From NCBI GenBank assembly GCA_028821145.1, contig JAPPHC010000023.1:5305-69304 (forward strand): DNA of 64,000 nucleotides. Reading direction: 5' to 3'. This document shows, one piece after another, positions 15,670 to 23,774 of the stretch (positions within the stretch are counted from its first letter, which is position 1; each line of letters starts with the position of its first letter). Source of the stretch: Gammaproteobacteria bacterium. GTDB taxonomy: Bacteria > Pseudomonadota > Gammaproteobacteria > Steroidobacterales > Foliamicaceae. Below the pieces are notes generated by a model that saw only the letters and a list, made by a program, of their open reading frames with translations, ran no database searches and was not told where the DNA came from. The position numbers and the translations under genes are program-made.

Positions 15670-18644
15670 TGGTCGCATCGATTGGTGCGGTAGCGAGCCC
15701 GGCACAGGGCGCCAGTTACTACGAACGGGACGGCTACTACGCCAAGGACGACCCCGAGCATCGCGCCGCGAGCGCTTGGGCAGGCCGCGGCGCGGCCGAA
15801 CTCGGCCTGGAAGGTACGGTCGATCCCGAGACCTTCAAGGCGGTGCTCGAAGGCGCCGTCCCCGACGGTTCCGGACGGCGGCTCGGCAAGCGCGGCAAGG
15901 GCGGGGAGATCCACCACCGGCCCGGGCGCGATCTGACGTTCAGTGCGCCCAAATCTGTCTCGCTCGCCGCGCTGATCGGCGGCGACTCCCGCATCGTCGA
16001 CGCCCACGACCGGGCGGTGGTCCGTGCGCTTGGCTGGTTCGAGAAAAACGCCGCCGAAACCCGGATGCAGGACAAAGCCACCGGAAGGATGGTCCGCGTG
16101 CGCGGCCAGAAGGCGGTGATTTCCACCTTCCGGCACGACACGTCCAGGAATCTCGATCCGGCGCTGCACACGCACTCGGTGATCGCCAACATGCTCAAGG
16201 GCGCCGACGGCAAGTGGCGGACGATGGCCAACGAGTCGCTCTACACCTCCAAGATGCTCCTGGGCGCCCTTTACCGGAGCGAGCTCGCGGGCGAACTCAA
16301 GACGCTCGGCTACTCCATCGAGAAGACCCACGCCGATGGGCGGTTCGAGATCGCAGGCGTGCCCCGCGAGACCGTCGAGGCGTTCTCCACGCGGCGGGCC
16401 GAGATCGAGGCTGCGATGGAAACGCGTGGCCTCGGAGAAACGGCGGCCAATCCGCATCTTGCCGGGCGGGCGGCGCTGATGACGCGCGCACACAAGCGCG
16501 ATGTCGACAAGGCGGCGCTGCGAGAGACCTGGGCGAAGCAGGCCGCCGACCTCGGCTTCGACGCCAAGGCGCTCATCGCCTCGGCGGTGGAGCGCAGTCG
16601 GAACGGCGCCCAGATCGCACACAACCATGAACAACAGGCGGGCAAGGAGGGATCACTTGGCACGGCGCGTCAGGAACACCTGTTTGAGCGGGCCGCACCG
16701 GCGGAACCCGCCCGCGAGGCGGTGGGGTGGGCGCTCGCCCATCTGTCGGAACGCGATGCCGTGTTCTCGTCGAACGATCTGTTGGCCGCAGCGCTTGCGT
16801 TCAATCCTGGCGCGGCCCCCATTGGGGAGATCGAGCAGGCCGTCGCGGGCCTCAAGCGTGAGGGCCGGCTCCACGATGCGCCGGCGCTCGAAGGCGGCGG
16901 CGGACTCACCACCGACACGGCGGTCGCGCAGGAACGCGAGACGATTTCCCTCATGCGCACCGGCGCGGCCCGGGGCAAGGCGCCGATGCGCGGCTGGATG
17001 GTCGACCGGCACCTGCGCAAGGGGCCGCTCACGGCCGGACAGAAGCAGGCGGTAAAACTGATCCTCTCGGAGAAGGATCGCACCGTCGGCGTGCAGGGCT
17101 ACGCCGGGACCGGCAAGACGCGGATGCTGAATCGCGCGAGGACTCTCGCCGAAAAGAAGGGCTGGCGCATGGTGGGGCTCGCGCCGTCGGCTTCGGCGGC
17201 GCAGACGCTGGCGGCGGAATCGGGCATCGAGTCGGAAACGCTGCAACGGTTCCTCGCGAGAAACGCGGGAGTCGCCCAAGGCCGGCTCACCCGCAAGGGT
17301 GCGAGAGCGCTGCGCGCCGCATTCGCCAAGACCGTGCTGGTCGTCGACGAGGGATCGCTCGCCTCCACCGTGCAGGCCCGCGACCTGCTCCGGATCGCGA
17401 GCGAAGTCCGCATCCCGAAGGTGGTGTTGGTCGGCGATGCCAAACAACTCGATGCCGTCGATGCCGGCAAACCGTTCTCGCAGTTGCAGCAGGCGGGCAT
17501 GAAGACCGCCGTCATGGACGAAATCATGCGTCAGAGAAACGTCGACCTGAAGGCCGCGGTGATGGCGAGTCTCAAAGGCGAGATCGGCAGGGCGTTCGAG
17601 AAACTGGGCGGCAATGTTGCCGAGGTCAACCCCGACAACATCGCCGGCGCGGTGGCCGCCCGCTGGCTGAAGCTATCGGCGGAGGAGCGCGACCGTACCG
17701 GTGTCATGGCCCCGAGCCATACCTTGCGGCAGGCGGTCAATGGGCACATCCGGGATCGGCTCGTTCGAGAAGGCCGCATCGCCGGTCCCGCCATGGAGAC
17801 GGAGCGGCTCGTCTCGAAGGGCTACACCAATGCGGAAAAGGCGCTGGCGGCGAACTACGCGGCCGGCGACATGGTCGCCTTTCACCGTCCCTACAAGCGG
17901 CTCGGTGTCGAGAAAGGCGCCGAACGCCGCGTTACGGGCGTGGATCACAGGACGAGAACCGTGCAACTGGAAGGCCCGGACGGTTCGGCGGTGGGCTGGA
18001 AACCGTCGCACATCGGAGGACGCCGGGGTGGAACGGAGGTCTACCGCGCGGAAGCGCTCGAGCTTCGCGCCGGTGACCGCATCCGCTGGACCCGCAACGA
18101 TGCGGGCCTGGGGATCGTGAACAGCGGCGTCGCTGAGGTGACGGCGGTGCGCAAAGGCCGGGTGTCCTTCCGTCTTGAGGACGGGCGCAGCCTCGATCTC
18201 CGCGAAGGAGACGCGCAGCTTCGCCATCTCGACCACGCCTGGGCCTCGACGGTGCACGCGTTCCAGGGTCGCACGGTGGATAACGTGATCGCGGCGATGG
18301 AAGCGAACCATCCGCGCCTGACGACGGCCAAGTCCTTCTACGTCGAGATCAGCCGCGCCCGGGACAGGGCGGAACTGGTGACCGACGATGCGGCGGCGCT
18401 CAAGGAACGGCTCGAAGCGGTGACGGGAGAGCGCATCTCGGCCCTTGAGGGCATCGGCGAGGCCCAGCAGCCGGAGCGCGGCAAGGACTCGAAGGCGTCA
18501 CTCGACCGCGAACCGACACACCGTGAGACTGGGGCGTCGTCCTCGCCGGACAAGATCACCGAGCACGATGTCTCCACCGCCAGGCAGGCGGAACCGGAAC
18601 CACCGACCCGGGGCAAGAACCTTGACATGGAGCTGGGGCTGTAG
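15669..18644 (+). CDS. traI: MOBF (TrwC/TraI-type) relaxase-helicase
   Basis: N-terminal YYERDGYY tyrosines and histidine triad FRHDTSRNLDPALHTHSVIAN. Helicase Walker A GVQGYAGTGKT, LVVDEGSL, and C-terminal STVHAFQGRTVD. Confidence 0.9.
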   Translation: MVASIGAVASPAQGASYYERDGYYAKDDPEHRAASAWAGRGAAELGLEGTVDPETFKAVLEGAVPDGSGRRLGKRGKGGEIHHRPGRDLTFSAPKSVSLAALIGGDSRIVDAHDRAVVRALGWFEKNAAETRMQDKATGRMVRVRGQKAVISTFRHDTSRNLDPALHTHSVIANMLKGADGKWRTMANESLYTSKMLLGALYRSELAGELKTLGYSIEKTHADGRFEIAGVPRETVEAFSTRRAEIEAAMETRGLGETAANPHLAGRAALMTRAHKRDVDKAALRETWAKQAADLGFDAKALIASAVERSRNGAQIAHNHEQQAGKEGSLGTARQEHLFERAAPAEPAREAVGWALAHLSERDAVFSSNDLLAAALAFNPGAAPIGEIEQAVAGLKREGRLHDAPALEGGGGLTTDTAVAQERETISLMRTGAARGKAPMRGWMVDRHLRKGPLTAGQKQAVKLILSEKDRTVGVQGYAGTGKTRMLNRARTLAEKKGWRMVGLAPSASAAQTLAAESGIESETLQRFLARNAGVAQGRLTRKGARALRAAFAKTVLVVDEGSLASTVQARDLLRIASEVRIPKVVLVGDAKQLDAVDAGKPFSQLQQAGMKTAVMDEIMRQRNVDLKAAVMASLKGEIGRAFEKLGGNVAEVNPDNIAGAVAARWLKLSAEERDRTGVMAPSHTLRQAVNGHIRDRLVREGRIAGPAMETERLVSKGYTNAEKALAANYAAGDMVAFHRPYKRLGVEKGAERRVTGVDHRTRTVQLEGPDGSAVGWKPSHIGGRRGGTEVYRAEALELRAGDRIRWTRNDAGLGIVNSGVAEVTAVRKGRVSFRLEDGRSLDLREGDAQLRHLDHAWASTVHAFQGRTVDNVIAAMEANHPRLTTAKSFYVEISRARDRAELVTDDAAALKERLEAVTGERISALEGIGEAQQPERGKDSKASLDREPTHRETGASSSPDKITEHDVSTARQAEPEPPTRGKNLDMELGL

Positions 18645-18762
18645 AGCGCGTCCACGGCGGACAAATGAATGGCGGCTTGCGCCAGAGCCGGACGCATCCC
18701 TGCCGGGAGGTACGCCGGGCTGAGGGACAGAAGATCGAACATACGATGACGGGAGAACTGCG

Positions 18763-19116
18763 ATGAACCGGAACCGATCCAGCAATCACCAGACGACAGA
18801 CGCGGAGGCGAAGCGGCGGCCTCACTCGATTCGGTTTCTCGACCCGGAATGGGAGCGCATCGAAGTCTTCGCCGATCAGCGCGGCCTCACCGCTCCCGAG
18901 TTCGTCCGGTTCGCTGCGCTTGTTGCGATAGAGAACGGGAGCGAACCGGTCGCCAAGCTGATCCCGCTGATCAAGAGGACGTTCCGCGGGACCCACATAT
19001 TGGCGTCGAGATTGCGCGTCGAGATGCTCGACGCGGGCGAGCAGGAAGAGCTCGATGCGATGATCGCCGCAGCCCGCGGGCTTCAGAACGAGTTGATCGG
19101 CTCCCAATCGGACTGA
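18763..19116 (+). CDS. Small relaxase-adjacent protein, possibly ribbon-helix-helix DNA-binding
   Basis: RBS GGGAGA. The segment RPHSIRFLDPEWERIEVFADQRGLTAPEFVRFAAL has a strand-helix-helix pattern like relaxosome accessory or RHH proteins. Tentative. Confidence 0.5.
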   Translation: MNRNRSSNHQTTDAEAKRRPHSIRFLDPEWERIEVFADQRGLTAPEFVRFAALVAIENGSEPVAKLIPLIKRTFRGTHILASRLRVEMLDAGEQEELDAMIAAARGLQNELIGSQSD

Positions 19117-19137
19117 GCGGCCAATTGCGCTCGCTGT

Positions 19138-19179
19138 CAAATTTGCAATTTGCTACAGTGCCGCCCGAATTTGAAATTC
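19138..19179. promoter_or_regulatory. AT-rich palindrome/repeat cluster upstream of the 19349 gene
   Basis: Contains CAAATTTG (palindrome, 19138-19145), AATTTG repeated at 19140, 19147 and 19168, and GAATTT-G-AAATTC (6-1-6 inverted repeat, 19167-19179). Confidence 0.35.
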
Positions 19180-19348
19180 ACTGGTATGGGCGTGAGCAGG
19201 TGCTGCGAACAGTTCGACTACAATAACCGTTTGGAGCCGTGTCCGCTGCGCTGCCGGAAACGGAAGTTGTAGCACCGATAGCAGTAATCACTCACTATCC
19301 GGCGCTGCTTGACCTCACACCTGAGCCCAAGCTCGAAACGATATTCAA

Positions 19349-21112
19349 ATGGCGGATAACCCGCTGACCGTACCAGCGAAGGCGGGGCGCACCATCGTCG
19401 AGTCCGGCGCGTTACTCGCTTGCCCGCTTCTCGGCACCGACCGCTTCGTGAAATTCTGTTCCGATCGCGGCCTCGACATCGACCGCGAACGCCTCATCCG
19501 ACTTGAACGTCTCGGGTTGTTTGCCCCGGTGTTCCGGGTGCGGACGCCCAAAAGCTCGACAGAACCCTTCCGTATTCCGCCGACCAAAGGAAACAACTGG
19601 TTCAGCAAGGGATGGGCTCGCGACACCACAGGCGTCCCTTCGAGACACGCGGTCCCGCCGCACAACGACCAGACTCGCGAAGGATACTACTCGATCTTCC
19701 AGATACATCAACTGGATTCCGTGCTGTCCGCGTTTACGCTTCAGCTCCGCCTGGACTCTTTTGTTGACCTCGACGGGGAAGGCCCATTCCAATGGCAGGA
19801 GGCGGGCACTCGCTGGCTGAATCACGCACGAGACCTCGCAGGCAGCCTGCGCGACCATCAGTACCGCCCAGCCGTGGCGCTATTGTGTCAGTACATCTCG
19901 AACCGCTACTACCCGCACACGCAGAGCGACATGCGAATCCAGCAAGTTCGCAAGAGCCTCTCATCCGATCAATGGATATTCGTCAACGCTCAGGATTGGG
20001 ACTGGGAGGAAGAAGCGCGGCATTGGAATCCCAGGGAGACAGAGAAGATATTCGGGCTGACGCAGGAGAACCTCGGTCGAGCCTACCGGGGCCTCTCGGT
20101 CGCCCAAGCGCATTGCGACCCGATCGAGCCTTGGTACCAACTTACCCAGTTCATTGCGATGAACGAACGTGAAAAATTGAAAGGAGCGGCGCTGCGGGCG
20201 GAAACTCTGCGCGCCGGAGCCTTCATGCTTGGGTTGCTTTACAAGGACCTTTATGGGGAAGAACTCCCTCACCCCAATGAAGTGACCCGAACGATAATCC
20301 GACACATACCGGAAACGGCGGTGCGCGATGACGTTCGTCGCCACCTTGAATTCGTTGCCAACCGTTTCCACGTCAACCCGCAACCTCGACTTTCGCTGAT
20401 CGTTGAAGGACAGACCGAGGAGATAGCCGTCACCCAGATATTCGAACGTTTCTTCGGTGCGCATCCCGGGACATTCGGCATCGAAGTCGTCGTGCTCGGC
20501 GGAGTGAATGTCGCGACCGGCGGCAAGAAGGAAGACCGCTTCCGCGCGATCATGCGCCTGATTGACTACCTGCATCACCATCAGACCTTCACGTATCTGT
20601 TGCTCGACAACGAGAACTATGCGAGCCGGCTCAAGAAAGCTGCTAAGGAAATGAAGTCGATTCACACGGATCATCGATACGTTACCCGACCCGACTACAT
20701 TCGCATCTGGAAGACCTCGTTCGAATTCGACAACTTCTCCTGTACCGAAATCGCGGCGGCTCTGGGGGAAGCGGCGGAAGATCGTGTCCAGTTCACGTCA
20801 AGACAAGTTGCGGCCGCGAAGCAAGAAAAGCACCCCGGGGCTGCGCTCGGACAACTCTTCCGGTGCAAGACTGGCCACGATCTTCCCAAGATTTCGCTGT
20901 GCGAATCTCTCGTTCGTTGCATGTTCTCTCCAACGAGCCGTCGCAAAATCGAGAATCGACCCATCGTCCGCGCCTTGAACCGGGTTGCTAGTCTCGCTGC
21001 TCGCAACCATTTGCCCGTCACCCAAGGGACAAAAGATGCGAATCAGGAGTCAACATTCCTGGGTCTGAAACGCACGCCACCTGCGAGGACAGGACGAAAG
21101 CCAACGTCATGA
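19349..21112 (+). CDS. 587-aa hypothetical protein with Toprim-like C-terminal module (candidate nuclease/defence gene)
   Basis: Long ORF with balanced composition in a visibly lower-G+C segment. aa 346-470 read RLSLIVEGQTEEIAV...IEVVVLGGVNV...TYLLLDNENY...WKTSFEFDNF, i.e. strand-EGxxE then hydrophobic strand-DxE, as in Toprim/OLD/DUF4435/DUF4276-type domains. No P-loop seen. Confidence 0.7.
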   Translation: MADNPLTVPAKAGRTIVESGALLACPLLGTDRFVKFCSDRGLDIDRERLIRLERLGLFAPVFRVRTPKSSTEPFRIPPTKGNNWFSKGWARDTTGVPSRHAVPPHNDQTREGYYSIFQIHQLDSVLSAFTLQLRLDSFVDLDGEGPFQWQEAGTRWLNHARDLAGSLRDHQYRPAVALLCQYISNRYYPHTQSDMRIQQVRKSLSSDQWIFVNAQDWDWEEEARHWNPRETEKIFGLTQENLGRAYRGLSVAQAHCDPIEPWYQLTQFIAMNEREKLKGAALRAETLRAGAFMLGLLYKDLYGEELPHPNEVTRTIIRHIPETAVRDDVRRHLEFVANRFHVNPQPRLSLIVEGQTEEIAVTQIFERFFGAHPGTFGIEVVVLGGVNVATGGKKEDRFRAIMRLIDYLHHHQTFTYLLLDNENYASRLKKAAKEMKSIHTDHRYVTRPDYIRIWKTSFEFDNFSCTEIAAALGEAAEDRVQFTSRQVAAAKQEKHPGAALGQLFRCKTGHDLPKISLCESLVRCMFSPTSRRKIENRPIVRALNRVASLAARNHLPVTQGTKDANQESTFLGLKRTPPARTGRKPTS

Positions 21113-21234
21113 GCCAAGCCCATGCCTACCTGTACGATGTCTAAGTCGTTCACCAGCAGCTCCACGATTCTAGCCGTCGCCACCATGACGGAGGCCATGA
21201 GCAGTCCGCGAATTCGAGGCGACGAATAGGACTG

Positions 21235-21497
21235 CTATCTCCAGAGCGTTGGTCGGAGCGTGAGAGTCCGACCTGTAACGAGCGCGAACAGCAGGAAGAT
21301 CGTCTTCGTACTGTGGCTTTCGTTCGCGGTGCTGGAGGGCCACTGACGCGACAAATCTGGGTTCGGATTCCCGATGCTCCAGAGCATCGCGAGCAGTCGA
21401 ATTGACTGCTCGTAGGAAGGCTCCTGATTCCCCAGAGAACCGAAGCCCAAGAAACGTTTGCCATTTCAACACGATACTCGCGGTTCTCCAGAGAACC
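21235..21497. repeat. Array of related 16-bp palindromic sites sharing a CYCCAGAG core, interleaved with hairpins
   Basis: Palindromic sites: GATGCT-CCAG-AGCATC (21373-21388), GATTCC-CCAG-AGAACC (21426-21441), GGTTCT-CCAG-AGAACC (21482-21497) and a degenerate copy at 21235-21250. Hairpins: GGTCGGA-N9-TCCGACC (21251-21273) and CGAGCAGTC-GAATT-GACTGCTCG (21390-21412). Confidence 0.6.
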
Positions 21498-21885
21498 AAC
21501 TCGATCCGGCAAGTGCGAGGCGCTCCATGTCGCCGAAAACGCATGGGAATGCAGGACAGGCGCGCGCCTGGCACACCCCGCAGAGGAACTGCGCTCAGGT
21601 GTGAAAACCGAGCCGCCTCCGGCGTCGAGGAGAGCACCGGGAGGCGGCATTCAGTAAGGGAAGAACGGCGCCGGCGAACGCGGCGGGCGTGAGCCGCCGC
21701 GGCGCGTGAGCGGACGGCGGTGCGGACGGAGCTGCGGGCAGGCGTGCGCAGCACGCTGCCGGACGCGGCGGCGGAATCGGCTGCACGCGGGCGGACATCG
21801 GTTGCAGCAGCGATGCGGACGGACGTGCGGATGCCGATGCGCAGCGAAGCCGCCGTCGGCGACGCGCGGAGCGCGGACAGCGCCG

Positions 21886-21931
21886 ACCAAAAAAGAAGCG
21901 GGCCGCGCCGCCGGAGAGCGACGCGACCCGC
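21886..21931 (-). terminator. Rho-independent terminator ending the minus-strand gene block
   Basis: On the minus strand GCGGGUCGCG-N14-CGCGGCCCGC (10 bp, one G-U) is followed by UUCUUUUUU. It starts 14 nt after the stop at 21946. Confidence 0.6.
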
Positions 21932-21945
21932 GGGGCCGGTGCGGG

Positions 21946-22875
21946 CTACGCCGCGCGGCAGCGCTGCACCGGGATGCCGAGCTTGACGGCCTTGTCGACG
22001 AGGTTGTCGGTGATGCCTGAGCCGGGGAAGGCGATGACGCCCTTGGGCAGCAGGTTGAGCAGGTCGTCGTTGCGCCGGAACGGTGCGGCCCGTCCGTGGC
22101 GGTCCCAGTCGGGCTTGCACACCACCTGGTGCACGCCGTGGCGTTCGGCCCACTGTGCGGCGAAGCGTTCCACGCCGGGGCCGCCGCCGTGCACGAGCAC
22201 CATGTCGCTGTACTTCGCGCGGGCGGTGTCGAGGCGCCGGAAGATGGCGTCCACGTCCGTGACGTTCTTGCCGCCGGCCACCGCGATCAGGGTGCCGTCG
22301 GGCAGGTGCGCCTGGGTCTCGCGATCCTTGCGGGCGCGCAGGAAGTCGCGGGCGTCGATGGCCGCGGAGGTGAGTTTCCGCGTCTGGCTCGTGTGGCTGC
22401 CGTAGCGCGGGCGCCAAGTGTCGCCGGTGGCTTCGCGGTAGGCGTCGGCGGCGGTGTCGCGCATCTTCTCGAACGCGTCGCGCCGCTTGCCGAGGTTCTG
22501 CGCCCGGTCGGTCGTGAGTTCGAGTTCGCGGGCGTTGATCTCGGTGCCGTCCTGGGCGCGTTGCAGGTCGCGGAGCTTCGGGGCCAGCCGGTCGACGCCG
22601 CGGTCGAGCCTGCGGACCTGGGCGTCGAGCATGTTGACGAAGCCCCAGAGCATGGACTCGCGCTCGTCGGCGAGTTGGGTGCCGTCGGGCGCCACGTTGC
22701 CAGCGAGGATGCTGAACGCTTCGCTGACCGCGGCGAGCGCGTCGTCCCGGTCCCAGACGTCCCTGGGGTCGAACTCGTCGCGCCCGGGCGTTGCGCCGTA
22801 GAGTGCCGCGTTCTCGCAGATGACTGCCGTGGGCGATTGCGCCTGTTGGGCTTGCAGTGTGTCGTAATCGAACAT
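21946..22875 (-). CDS. DUF2493-like (SLOG-type) protein with coiled-coil N-terminal half
   Basis: RBS AGGAGA upstream of ATG 22875 (MFDYDTLQ). The C-terminus VLVHGGGPGVERFAAQWAERHGVHQVVCKPDWDRHGRAAPFRRNDDLL...GVIAFPGSGITDNL is the pattern I recall for DUF2493. Confidence 0.75.
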   Translation of the reverse strand: MFDYDTLQAQQAQSPTAVICENAALYGATPGRDEFDPRDVWDRDDALAAVSEAFSILAGNVAPDGTQLADERESMLWGFVNMLDAQVRRLDRGVDRLAPKLRDLQRAQDGTEINARELELTTDRAQNLGKRRDAFEKMRDTAADAYREATGDTWRPRYGSHTSQTRKLTSAAIDARDFLRARKDRETQAHLPDGTLIAVAGGKNVTDVDAIFRRLDTARAKYSDMVLVHGGGPGVERFAAQWAERHGVHQVVCKPDWDRHGRAAPFRRNDDLLNLLPKGVIAFPGSGITDNLVDKAVKLGIPVQRCRAA

Positions 22876-23274
22876 GAGAGTGTCTCCTGTAACAAGATGA
22901 GAGATGAGCCAGATGGCCCGGAGCATCGGAAGAGCGTCTCCCGACGTAGGTTTATTGGTTCACGCGCGCGCAGTGCCGTCACCGCCTTGGCGGCCGCAGC
23001 GAAGCGTAGGACCCGCGCTTGCGCGGGTTGACGGTGCGAGCACGTGTGAAACAATGGGCCTTCGTCGGGAGGAGCTTTTGTTTCCATGACCGCCGTGTTC
23101 CCTGGCAAGCGGAGTGCGCAGCGAGCCTGCGAGCGGAGGCGCGAGGGATTGCAGCGGAAATCGGAGCTTGCGGAGATTGGAGCGTAAAGCCCGGTCGCGA
23201 AGCGACGCGCACAAAGTTCTGTCCTGCATCCGCGCCGCTGCCGATCCGAACCGCAATCCCGTAGTCCACGCCGC

Positions 23275-23742
23275 TCACGCGTCGCCTCCCCGGTAGAGGT
23301 CTTCGTCGGAACTGGCGATGACGGTCGGCTCGGGCAGCGTGCCGGTGTCGAGCAGCACGACGATGTCGTCCGACGGTTGCCCGACGGTCTTGTAGAACGC
23401 GGTCCAGGCGTCGTCCTTCTTCTTGTGGGCGGACAGGACTTCGCCGACCGTGGGCAGGTCCATGTCCAGAGCGTAGAAGACAGTGTCGCTGACGGCGCTG
23501 ACCAGGTAGCGCCGTGGGATATCGGGATCGCTTTGCCATAGCGTCGCGCCGGTGCGCCGGTCGAGGACGACGGTGGTGCATTCGGGATGGGCGCGGACAC
23601 GGCGCTGGGCTTCCTCCCAGGCGGGCCGCCTGTCGTCGATGCGCGCCGGCGGATCGAACAGGTCGATCCAGTCCTCGTCGACGGTGCGGACGACGTAGCG
23701 GGAGGCCGGGCGTGCGATGCCCGTGGTTGCGCGGGTGAGCAT
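23275..23742 (-). CDS. Hypothetical protein (155 aa)
   Basis: RBS AAGGAGAG upstream of ATG 23742. Balanced, non-repetitive sequence (WIDLFDPPARIDDRRPAWEEAQRRVRAHPECTTVVLDRRTGATLWQ...). No family recognised. Confidence 0.6.
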   Translation of the reverse strand: MLTRATTGIARPASRYVVRTVDEDWIDLFDPPARIDDRRPAWEEAQRRVRAHPECTTVVLDRRTGATLWQSDPDIPRRYLVSAVSDTVFYALDMDLPTVGEVLSAHKKKDDAWTAFYKTVGQPSDDIVVLLDTGTLPEPTVIASSDEDLYRGGDA

Positions 23743-23774
23743 GTTCTCTCTCCTTTCCCGAACCGGGTTCGCCC

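Noticed and set aside
21231-21246. ACTGCTATCTCCAGAG resembles, with gaps, the R388 nic region ATTGTCTATAGCCCAGA
   Set aside because: The match needs two gaps, and no hairpin ends the expected ~8 nt upstream. It also relies on my memory of the R388 sequence. It is retained only as a remote alternative oriT idea under the palindrome-array finding.
21150-22417. Minus-strand ORFs 21150-21650 (166 aa) and 21170-22417 (415 aa) as possible genes in the ORF-poor region
   Set aside because: The translations are S/R/P/C-rich with no hydrophobic core pattern. The longer one is an out-of-frame read-through of the DUF2493-like gene and crosses its terminator. I treated the region as non-coding.
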